In this document: piece by piece, positions 1 to 10,212 of the stretch
Layout: the number at the start of each line of letters is the position of its first letter
Position numbering within the stretch: the first letter of the stretch is position 1
From: Ancylonema sp.
Taxonomy: Eukaryota
Assembly (NCBI GenBank): GCA_050230475.1
Contig: JBFLGF010000172.1
Location: forward strand, 1 to 62,927
Length of the DNA stretch: 62,927 nucleotides
Direction of reading: 5' to 3'
Program-made: the position numbers and the translations under genes
Notes under the pieces: model-generated
Seen by the model: the letters and a program-made list of their open reading frames with translations, nothing else
What the model was told of the DNA's origin: nothing
The model's database searches: none

Positions 1-3000
1 TCGTTGTTCCCCAGGATCTGGCTGGTCGAGGCGGTGGGCATGGGGGCCACGAGCAGAGAGTTGCGCACCCCGTGTTGGGCCACCTGCGATCGAAGGGCCG
101 ACCAATCCCAGCGGTCGGATGGGACCACCCCCCACATGTCCGGTTGGAGGACGCCCTGCGGACGGCAAACACGGGTAACCGTTCCCACTAGATGAGGACT
201 ACACTGTTCAACCTGTTTGGATTAGAACTGTGGGAGAAGAGGAAAAGAGGTACACAGGTGGTCGTTCACAGGTAGTCGTTTGTTTGTAGGTATCGCAGGA
301 GAGGTGAGGCGAAAGTGATTTGGTAAGAAGGAATCATGTGCAACGAGTTAAATCAGGCAGGGTTTACAGTCTGTGGATGTTAAGAGGGTGGGGGAGGGGG
401 GGTGCTCTGAGGTTGTTGGGATGTATGCCTACTTTGCTGATGGGACATCCTGCGTAGGATTCGTAGGTGCCTTCTTCCCGAGCCAACTGCATGGAGGTGG
501 GGAGGGCGTGGTAGTAAATGGTCTCAAAAAGGGCGCGGTTCAGCTCCTGGGCCGGGATGGAAAAGAGAAGGGGAAAGGGGGGGTGATGTCAATGTAGGAT
601 ACAAGCAAAAACAAAAGAAAACATCCAGAGAAGAGGTGGACTTCCTTGCTGTTCTTTGTTGGGAGGCAGACAAACATCTGATGGCTTTTTTTTTTACATA
701 TACATTTTTTGTTTTGTTGGATCCGAACCTGTGGCGAGTCGAACGGCATGCCCAGTAGTATGAATGTGTCTGCCAGCCCTTGCACCCCGATCCCAATGGG
801 ACGGTTCCTCATGTTGGAACGACGCGCGTTCTCCGTGGGATAATAATTGACGTCGATGATGCGGTTCAGGTTGCGGGTGACCACACGCGTGATCTGCGCG
901 AAGCAAACCTTTCTCATTAGCATCGATACTTCCCAACCTGGAACATGCAATTCCTTGAGACAAGCGAAGAACGAGTACATGTATACACTGCTGGCTGATG
1001 GCAGCTGGCAATGAACTATAAAACACAAAAAACAAAAAATACAAGTCCAAAAAATGGTTTGTTACAAAAGAAAAGAGGGGGCTTCATCTCACCTCCCCCA
1101 GCTTCTCGAAATCAAAGTGGCGGTTGGCGTGGTTCCGGCTGCCAGTCAGCTTCTGCTCCACAGGCACACCCTGCAGGAAACACAGCTGGGGCACAACCGG
1201 TTAACCGCAATGACTACCCCAACGGTTCATCGCACTGAGTATCTGCCAAAACCCTCTGCCTACTCCCTCAATCCAGTGAACCACGCGGTGGAGACCACAA
1301 GGCAACTGAGAAAAATAACAACGGCTACTGGTTCTGGTCTCAACTAGTATGAGATGTCTCTTCTCTATGGTGGAGAATGGGGGCTGGGGGCCAGTTGGGA
1401 ATCGTCCCCTATCCTCCCTACCTCTTCCCGCACGAATCTTGAGAGTGCAATGGATGCCAGATTGCAGACAGCTGTCTCCTTTGGACTGGAGAACTGAATG
1501 ATCTCGGTGCAGAGATTGGAGGACTTGATGGTGCCAAGATTCTGCTGATTGCTCTTACGGTTGCAGGCATCCTGGGAGGGTGGGGGGCGGGGGGGGGGAG
1601 GGTGAGGCGGCCATGGTCGGAAACCCAACGTCCATCTCTGCGAGTACCACATCTTGCAGTTTGGGGTTGAAGAATTGGGGTAGAGGAGACGGATAACCTT
1701 GAACAGAATATAAGGGTTGCCTGTTTCGATCTGCGCTTCCAGAATGGCATACCACACGTGCTGGGCCTTCACCGTCTTATTGGCCCTTCCCTGAGGGGAA
1801 AGGGAAAAAGGCGGGCTGTTGTATTTGAATGACTCTATTCTCGTCTAGCACAAGCCACGACAGAAAACCATAGGCCCGATGACAGTACAAACAACCTCTT
1901 TGTAGACCCTCTCTATGGACCCTCACTGTAGACCCCCTCGACAACCATTGTGCCTCAACGGAGGGTGTGCGCCTCTATAGGTGGGTCCCCCAGGGGGTAA
2001 TGTGAGTACCTCCTTCTCGTATCTGGAGTACAGACTCTCGAACTCTTTCCCCCAGCACTCTGCCAGCCCAGGTGCCACATTCGGACAGAAGAGGGGCCAA
2101 TCGCCATCCCTCTCCACTCTCTCCATGAACAGATCTGGAATCCATAGGCCGTAGAACAGGTCACGCGCACGGTTCTCCTCCTGCATCACGTCACAATCAG
2201 GGGGAAGGATAAGAGACAATATTTATTTGTCGGTGGGGGTGGGGGGGGGGTGGGTGTCACCTTCCCGTGGTTCTTTCGTAGTAGCAGCCAGTCATAAATG
2301 TCTGGGTGCCAGGGTTCGAGGTAGATGGCAAAGGCTCATGAACAGGAAGGGGGGATAATTATAAAAGAAAGGTATTTTGACAAATAGATGGGAGGCGTTC
2401 ATGTATGGATGCTTCGAAATATTCGAAAAGAACAAATCAGAGCATGCTTGCTTTCTCGTTCATTAAGGTACAGTCGACAAGGTAGGGGAACAAGAATATG
2501 GTGGATGATATCAATGCGTTTGTAAGAAGGATACCTACCAACATGCTTGCATGCATGCACGTATCAAAACTCTATGGCATGTTCAAATTTAACGAATTTT
2601 GGCATACATACATTCTAAGGGGAGGAAGTGGTTCTTCAGTCTAAATCCGCTAAAAAAGTTAGCAACTAACTTTTTCAATGCAGTTCATGCAGGGTTCTTA
2701 TGCATGGGAATTGTACCCACAACGATTTTCTTGCACACCAACTGTTTCCATAGCTCGTTTTTGGACAAGATATTTCCGACAACTACCAAGAGGAACCCAA
2801 GAGTGGAGTCAATTGACATTGCAAAGATGCAAAGATGCAAAGATGCAAAGATGCAAAGATGCAAAGATGCAAAGATGCAAAGATGCAAAGATGTACTAGA
2901 CGTTTGAGACGTTCTGGACGACCAGAATGCTCTAGAGGAATAGACATGATTGAAGACGACATGATTCCGTTATATAGTTACTCGTCTATGTTAGTTTTTT

Positions 3001-4991
3001 TTAGTTTTTTTTTTTTTTTAAATATAATGAAGGGAGGTGGGCCATTTGTTCGACAAATATACTAAAAACTACTGGTAGTGACATCGATATAGTAACATTT
3101 GGGAATTTTGGTCACCATAACGTGTGTCACCATAGCGCTTGTCACTAATGTAAGTAAGTTTCATATAGGATTAGAAAAAGGGCAAATTAAATGTCACTCT
3201 ATCGAGATTGTCACAGCACACTTGACAGCGTGACTATATCGAGAGGCCGAGCACAGGGGTCACCTTTCCTCCTCCCCCCTCCCGCGTCCACGTAGCGCGC
3301 CGTGTCATTGAACACCCGCAGCATGGGGACGATTCCACTGGATACCCCGTTGCTGCCACGTATGTAACTACCAGGTGCTCGGATGTTGTGGATGGACATC
3401 CCGATGCCCCCTGCGCTCTTGCTGATGAGGGCGCACTCCTTGAGGGTGTCGTATATGCCCTCGATGCTGTCCTCCTTCATGCAGACCAGGAAGCAGCTGC
3501 TGAGCTGATCACAGGGGGGGAGGGGAAGGGAAGAGAGGGGGAGAGGTGAAGGAGCTACTGGCTTTGTATTGGAAGAGAGGGGTCTCGGACAGAAGGAGTG
3601 GGCACAGAAGAGTGGAGAAACATCAGAAGGGAGGAGTGACATCAGACGAGAGGAGACACGAGGTGAAACATCAGAAGAGAGAGTTGTAAGAGGAGAGAAA
3701 CATTCAAAGAGAGAGACATCGGAAAAGAGGAGATGCGTGAGGAGAGAGGAGTAATATCAGAAGTTAGGAGTAGTCCTTAACCTGAGGTCGGGGAGTACCG
3801 GCGTTGAAGAGAGTGGGGGAGGCGTGGGTGAACCATCGTTGGGACATGAGATGGTACGTCTTCACAGCAGCCTCTATGTCTGTTTTGTGGATCCCCACTG
3901 CCACCCTCATGAGCATGTGCTGTGGCCGCTCAACGACGTTCCCGTTATCGCGGAGGAGGTAGGAGCGTTCCAGAGTCTTGAAGCCAAAGAAGTCGTAGTC
4001 GAAATCGCGATCATAGATGATCTCGCTGTCCAGACGCACCTTGTTCTGTGGAAAATATCCACACCACCCATTGCAAGGTGGTTAACAACGAATTGACGAA
4101 CTGGCTTCGGGTAACTCGCATTTTTTACAACAGCTGCAGGTAACAATAGTATCTCACTGATAGATTTCCCGAGGAAAGATATGGTCTCCCCCTAAGTCGT
4201 AAAACAAGGTGCAGAAGCAGATTGGAGAGTGGAAAGGTGGGAGGTACTTCAAATGAATAGCAAACTTATACAAGGCACAGTACAGAGAAGGTCGATACCT
4301 TCTTTATTATTTCGTAGACGTCATCTGCGAGTAGAGGAGACTCCAGTTTGGAATCAGCATTCACGTGTTCAAACATGTCTTTCGCCCTGCAACACGCGAT
4401 GGATCCGCTCAGAACACTGTCACCAACTCACTCTGACTCCCTGTCTGTCTCAAGGTATAACTTTTCAGAAGGTTATCTCTTGTCCTTCCAGCCACGGAAC
4501 GATATACAAACTGCGAGGAAACTTACGTCTCAGAGAACGTCTTCTTTGTGTTCTTGTGCAGATTGGAAACCGCGATGCGAGCTGCCAGCTGTAACAAAAA
4601 GTGTGGATGGACTGTCACACGGAGTCCATTCGGCAAGGACACAATGCTCGCAGGGAGGAAGAAGTAGATCATACAGAATTCTCAACATCCACAGAGAATT
4701 GGGTAGACACAGCTAGACAGATGAACTACGCACAACAGCAGCACAAATAAACAGACCACCTACCAACGCATAGTCCGGGTGGCTGGCAGTCATGGCGGCC
4801 GCAGTCTCGGCGGCTAGCTCGTCCAGCTGGCTCGTAGTCACCCCCTTGTAGACTCCCATGCATACTTTCTGCGCCACTACGGTGGGGTCGCAGAAGGTGT
4901 CATTCAGCCCATAGCTCAGTTTCCGAATCCGTGCAGTGATCTTGTCAAAGTGAACCTTTTCCTGGCGCCCATCGCGCTTGATCACATACAT
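1..4991 (-). CDS. RNR1: Ribonucleoside-diphosphate reductase large subunit, copy A (3' part beyond window edge; possibly compromised)
   Basis: Exons 4764-4991, 4527-4588, 4299-4386, 3782-4045, 3264-3504, 2261-2337, 2010-2180, 1698-1790, 1422-1571, 1093-1170, 729-893, 433-552 and <1-155 splice in frame, with lengths identical to copy B. Motifs: [11 protein letters not shown] cone, [36 protein letters not shown]. Acceptors of exon 6 (AT) and exon 12 (CG) are non-canonical as assembled. Confidence 0.93.
2820..2893 (+). repeat. 9-bp tandem repeat (CAAAGATG-type) in RNR1-A intron 5
   Basis: Run of gcaaagat units directly visible (unit is 8 nt, about 9 copies). Confidence 0.85.
3076..3210. mobile_element. 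MITE-end remnant in RNR1-A intron 5
   Basis: Similar to 28200-28335 (gtcacYataacgtgtgtcac...ggattagaaaa.ggcaaa...tgtc...atcgaga). Absent from the shorter intron 5 of copy B. Confidence 0.6.
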
Positions 4992-5094
4992 GGTTTCGGC
5001 ACAGTGCACAGCTAGTGGCGGCCTCAGTCGCACAGCTGACTTCGTGGGGGCTGATAACTTGGGAGTTTCCCAGTATTTTCCCAGAGAGGATTTA

Positions 5095-5102
5095 TTTCCC
5101 GG
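5095..5102. promoter_or_regulatory. E2F-like site TTTCCCGG upstream of RNR1-A
   Basis: Matches TTTSSCGS about 105 bp upstream of the ATG; RNR genes are established E2F targets. Confidence 0.4.
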
Positions 5103-6011
5103 AATCAATACGAGCCGTGCGCGTCCGCAATCCATTTGGCAGGATGGCGATCTTGGTTCTTCTGGTCGTAGTTGGTCATCAGGATCTTCAGGATCTTTAC
5201 ATCGTGTGCATGTCTGAGTTCAAACATGGGGCCCACCCGCCAGACACCCCGCTTTCGACCCGCCTCCACCTCCCGCTCGCCCTTCACCCGCCTTTCAACC
5301 GCTCCGCCCGTGCTTCGCTTTCCGTCCGCCAGCCGCCATATTGTGGCGGGGGGCGGGCAAATTGGCTGTTGAGTATGAAAAAGGATGGGGTAAGAGTCTT
5401 ACCGTAAGACAAGTAAATGAATGTACTATGGCACTTAAGGGAGAGACTCCGGGCGCACCCCTCCGACTATGTTTTTGGTGTGGACGGCGCTGGCCGGTAC
5501 CATTCAACATGGTCGGCCCCGCCCGACGATCAATTGATGAGTTTTAGTTTTTAGGGGCTGTGAACTTTTGTCGTTATATCGATTTATGTGATTTCTGTTT
5601 ACGTCTTAGTTTTGTCGTTATTCGACAATGCCGGCCGAACTTGTAGCAATGATTGAGTCGGCAAGTTCTGGCCATCTGGCACAAGTGTCAATGAGAGTAG
5701 GTGATGTGGCAAATGCTCACTTGTGAGTGGTGTTAACTAGCTGTCGAGTAGTGTCGATATCAATAGATCTTTGACTAAGACGTTTGATCGATTACACTCG
5801 GTTGTACCAGGTGTGTACTTGCACGCAGAATTGTGTAATCAATACTTTCTACTTCAAGCTTGCACTTTTGTTGTGTCGATGCTTGTACTGACGTGATACT
5901 TTTGATTCAAAATGAGTAAGAGAAGTGTGTTTTATTCTTGCATCGATGGCTGAAGAAAACACTCACGTTTTTTTCTTTTTTTTGCCGGCATTATTTGGGT
6001 GGCGATATTCG

Positions 6012-6510
6012 TATTGGAAGTAATTGAAAAATGACATTTTGGAATATCGACATATTAGGGGTTATTTTGTAAAAGCAAAATAAATTGTTCGGTATATCGA
6101 TATGTCGATTGTTCGACACTTGATTGATGACATAATTCATATATAAGAAATAAGTTGAGGATAGGTTCTAGTAAATTGATAGACGTGACTAGGATATTGA
6201 TGGGGATTGGGATAGATTGTCGGGATGACTAGATGAGTTAGCAATATGACTAGACATTTGCGGCGCCGTAGAGAAAATCGTAAGGTAGTCGGAATGTTCG
6301 AGATCTTTTGTAACTCGAGGGATAAAGCCTGTATTGGCGACAACCTCCAAGTAATTCTTTTCATCCACTATCTTCATTTGCAAAATCATATTGTTGCTTG
6401 ATCTTATGGATGTTATCAGCAATTCGTCAGCGTCAACCGAAGTATAGGTTGTCATAGCGTCAGTCGATGTATAGGCTATCAAGAAGCATCAACCGGTGAA
6501 TAGGTTGACA
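6012..6510 (+). repeat. 5' LTR (right boundary approximate)
   Basis: Matches 19654-19889 except for a ~255-bp segment (~6095-6350) missing from the 3' copy. Confidence 0.8.
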
Positions 6511-6550
6511 GGAACCGTCAGTCGAAGAATAGGTTGTCCCCCTGCACATT

Positions 6551-6724
6551 TGAGCATCGGTAGCTACCGCGGTAGCTACAACGGTAGGGAGTGGGGCGGT
6601 AGGGCGGTGTCGCCAACCCTAGTAACCAGTGGTTACCCTTGATTGTAGGGTTGGCGACACCGCCCTACCGCCCTACTCCCTACCGTTTCACCGCGGTAGC
6701 TACCGCGGTAGCTATCGATGCTCA
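6551..6724. repeat. Near-perfect hairpin / foldback element
   Basis: 6551-6621 is the near-perfect reverse complement of 6646-6724. The 24-nt loop contains the palindrome gtaacc-agt-ggttac. Confidence 0.9.
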
Positions 6725-7917
6725 GATAAGCGGTAGGGGGTAGGGAAATGGTATCAGAGCGGGAGGACTCCGGACGGGTTATGAACTCTCGGATAAGAAT
6801 TTCGTGGCCTGGGAGGCGAAGATGCAGCGAGCACTCGACAATTTCGAGGCGCTCGACCTGACATTGGGAACTAAGGCAAGACCGGATCCCCCTCCAGCGC
6901 CGACTCAGAGAGATGGGGCAATTACGAACCAGGCGCAGATCGACGCAGTTCTGAAATCGATAGAGAAGTGGGACAAATCTAAGCGGCGAGCATGTAGCAT
7001 GATAATGCAGTCGATTCAGGACGACCAAGCAGTGAATTACATCGTCGAGCAGGATGACCCGGTAAAACTATGGGAACAGCGGGAGATGCAGCCACCGAAA
7101 ATTTTATGGCATTTGCTCACATTCTTGAGGAGACCGTGGACGAGACCATCAGCCGATTCAACGCACTTCGACAGGCCTGCGTATATCAGAAGGTGTCGGT
7201 GGGTGATGATCAGGCGAGACGAGTCATACCTGGGGGGGGACCTTCAGGCCGTCAAAATTATGGGTAGGCTTATTCAATGTATCGTATCTGAAGATTTACT
7301 GATCCGATTGAATCGATTCAAATTTATAATGGTAGTTGATTTTAAGAGCTTAAAAAAAAAACTTTTTAATGACCATCTAACAACTGGGCGGGGTAGAAAA
7401 GCCCATTTTTCCGAAAATCCCGTTAAAAAAACTCACCGAGCTATGCTCGTGCTACATCTCGAATTCTGGCCCCGTTCGAATATTGGATATGAACCTTTAT
7501 CTCGTTCAATTGGCCCGTTTACTTTCTCAATTATGAACTTTTGAACGAATGAGCCCTCGTTCATTTCTGGTCAATAATCCGTTCACTTCTGAATATCGGT
7601 TTTTTTTTTGGGTGATTTGAAATGTTCTCGTTATACCGGGCGGGCGCCGGGCTCCGGCGCTAAAAAAACGTCAGAATTGGATACGCACCCTAATCGCGCC
7701 TTCGTTGCATTTTTCGGTCGCCGGGATCCGGCGCTAAAAAAATATCAGAATTGGATGCTCATCCCATTTCCGCCCTCTATGTATATTGGTGAGAGGCTGC
7801 AATGTGCGGCATGTCAGATTGTGAAATGAAGCTTGCGGATTGATCTAGATGCCAAGTTTGTCGTAAGCATCACGTTGTCAAGATGGAGATACTCACTGCA
7901 CTACTGTTATTTATTGC

Positions 7918-10212
7918 TTGTCCTCTCATCATCGGAATGACGACTCCAGATGCTCAAGAGTGGACAAGAACGGGGACCCACTGGACCCACCGGGCGACTG
8001 TTGCGTGAAATTTTGGGCGAAACCTGACCATTCACCCTATTGCGATGCTTATGGTTGCCATATATCATTTCATCTACCTGTGAAAACCGATCCGAAAGCC
8101 TATGGTCGTTGCAAGCAAAGTTATGGCGTAGGAAAGCCAGATGGTTGCCAACGATTTTACCAAGATTCTACAGGGAAAAGCAGGTACTGTGAGGGTTGCC
8201 AATGCCATATCGGGTTCCACGAAGTCCCCGAAGAACACGATGATGCATGTACACCTGTAGATGCACCAAGCATTCAAGATGTACAACCCCAGATTCCGTT
8301 CCCGTCAATTGCCGAAAGACAGCGATGGCATAGGCTACAAAAGAGTCTGCGGAAATACAAGGCTAGTTATCTTCCTGCCAAGTATGGCAATTATGACTTG
8401 GTCAAGGACGTTGACGGATCTATCAAACTTCTCTGTGAGGCGTGCTCTGGTAGTGGTGGTAAAATTTAGTTGCGTACTATTAACCCCGAGGATAAGTTGG
8501 GGAACCTTGGGAGGCATCTAAACTGCACAATGCATAATGAAAATTTGAAGAAAAAAAAAGCAGCAGCTGCAACTCCGTCCAACAACTCCACTAACTCAAC
8601 TCTCAAAACTCCTCAAACGAAAGACCAGAGTTTTGTCACCGAAACCGAAGGGGGAAATGTGAGACAACTCCATAGAAAATGGGTGGAAAATGGGTCACTT
8701 GAGGGTATTGTTTTCGAAAACGTGGAGGAGACCCGATGGAGCTGCACCCACTGTGGATTCTCTGCTGACAGAGGTTCATTTTCGTATTTTAACACGATAC
8801 TCCGACATACCAATAGTCTTCAACACAAACTAGCTAAGGTAGCGAGCACAGGCTTGAGGGGTAGCCGAGGGCTTATGAGTGGGTGGTTAGAAAAAACCAG
8901 TGCCTCACGAAAAGGAGGTGTACAGTCACCTTCTCTTGAGGAGCCAAAGTCTTATCCTGGCGAGTCAAGGTAAACCCCAACCCTCTTTAACCTTTTTTGT
9001 AATGGATACAGGATATAAGGATGTAAAGCAAAGTACCTTGCAATAATTACGAACAGTGTAATTAATGACATATTTGTTAAAATGATTAATACTGATTGGG
9101 GTTTTAGCTTGATATTGTGTTGTGTTTTTAGAGAGACGGATGGGACTACTGCTGAACGGGTTGCACGCTCACCTTCCCCGAGCGAGCCATCGTCTCATCC
9201 TGAGGAGTCAAGGTTAACCCGACCTTACACCATTTTGTACTGGCACAGTAATGAAGGACTTTGTCCCCTTTTTTTTGCCTTTGCTATCAATTCGAACATT
9301 ATCACTGATGACATATGGGGTATAATGATGAATATTGATAGGGGCGAGGATATGATAATGACCTGTGTTTTCAGAGAGACAAATGGAAATACAGCTGAAC
9401 GGGTTGCATGCTCACCCTCTCCCAACGATGTTCACTCTGATCCTAAGAAGTCAAGGTACACCCGACCTTCTTTAATGTTGTACTGCCACAATAATCAATA
9501 ACTTTGTAACATAGTTTTCCATTTCTATCATTACACATTTTGTAATTATTGTCATATGGGGTACAATGATCAACACTGATGGGGGTTAGGGTATAATAAT
9601 GACATGTGTTTCCAGAGAGACGGATGGGACCACAACTAAACGGGTAGACCGCACACCCTCTCCGAGCGAACCACAACCTGATCCTAAGGAGTCAAGGTGA
9701 ACTCGATGTTCTTTGATTTTGTAATGACACAACAATGAAGTGAAGGTCTTTGTCACATAGTTTTACGTTGCTATTATGACGAACATTGTGACTACTGACA
9801 TATGGGGTATAATGATAAATACTGATGGGGGCAAGGGTATGAAACTGTGTTGTGTTTTTAGAGACACCAGAGCGACATCAGGGAAACGGGCCGCAGGAGC
9901 ACCCAACCCCCAAGCGCCTGAGTCTCCTTCCAAGAAGCCAAGGTCAACTCAACCCTCTCTAAACTTTTTTGGTGGCCACAATGAAGGCCCATGTCACGGA
10001 TATTTTCACTCTACTATAACTATCAACATGGTTTCCTATGACATATCTGAAGTGATGAAAGATGGGCATGGGGGCAAAGGGTGGAAACCAGAACCGGACT
10101 ATCATGGGGTGTTATTAAGGGGGAAAAGTGAGATTGAAATCAGAGGAACGTTCAAGTCTGACGAATGCACTGATAAGGCAAGCTGCTCGGCATGTAGTTC
10201 AATTCAATATAT
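7918..10212 (+). pseudogene. N-terminal part of transposon gene: two ZF-HD-like fingers, two C2H2 fingers, Ser/Pro-rich repeated exons, Cys-rich domain
   Basis: YGRC..DGCQRF..CEGCQCHIGFH (8101-8220) and a degenerate copy (7951-8073). CEAC..HLNCTMH and CTHC..HTNSLQH. In-frame TAG at 8467-8469. GT-AG introns 8970-9131, 9213-9374, 9456-9615 and 9697-9861 keep frame. An extra AT in caatatatatgcct (~10208) shifts the frame relative to the transposase ORF. Confidence 0.7.
8890..10090 (+). repeat. ~243-bp tandem exon+intron repeat, about 5 units
   Basis: Recurring tgtgttttYag|agagac...gagtcaag|gt with 81-nt exons at 9132-9212, 9375-9455 and 9616-9696. Confidence 0.85.

Noticed and set aside
8890..10090. 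Regularly spaced repeats resembling a CRISPR array
   Set aside because: Whole 243-bp units are homologous, so there are no unique spacers; eukaryotic context and no cas genes.
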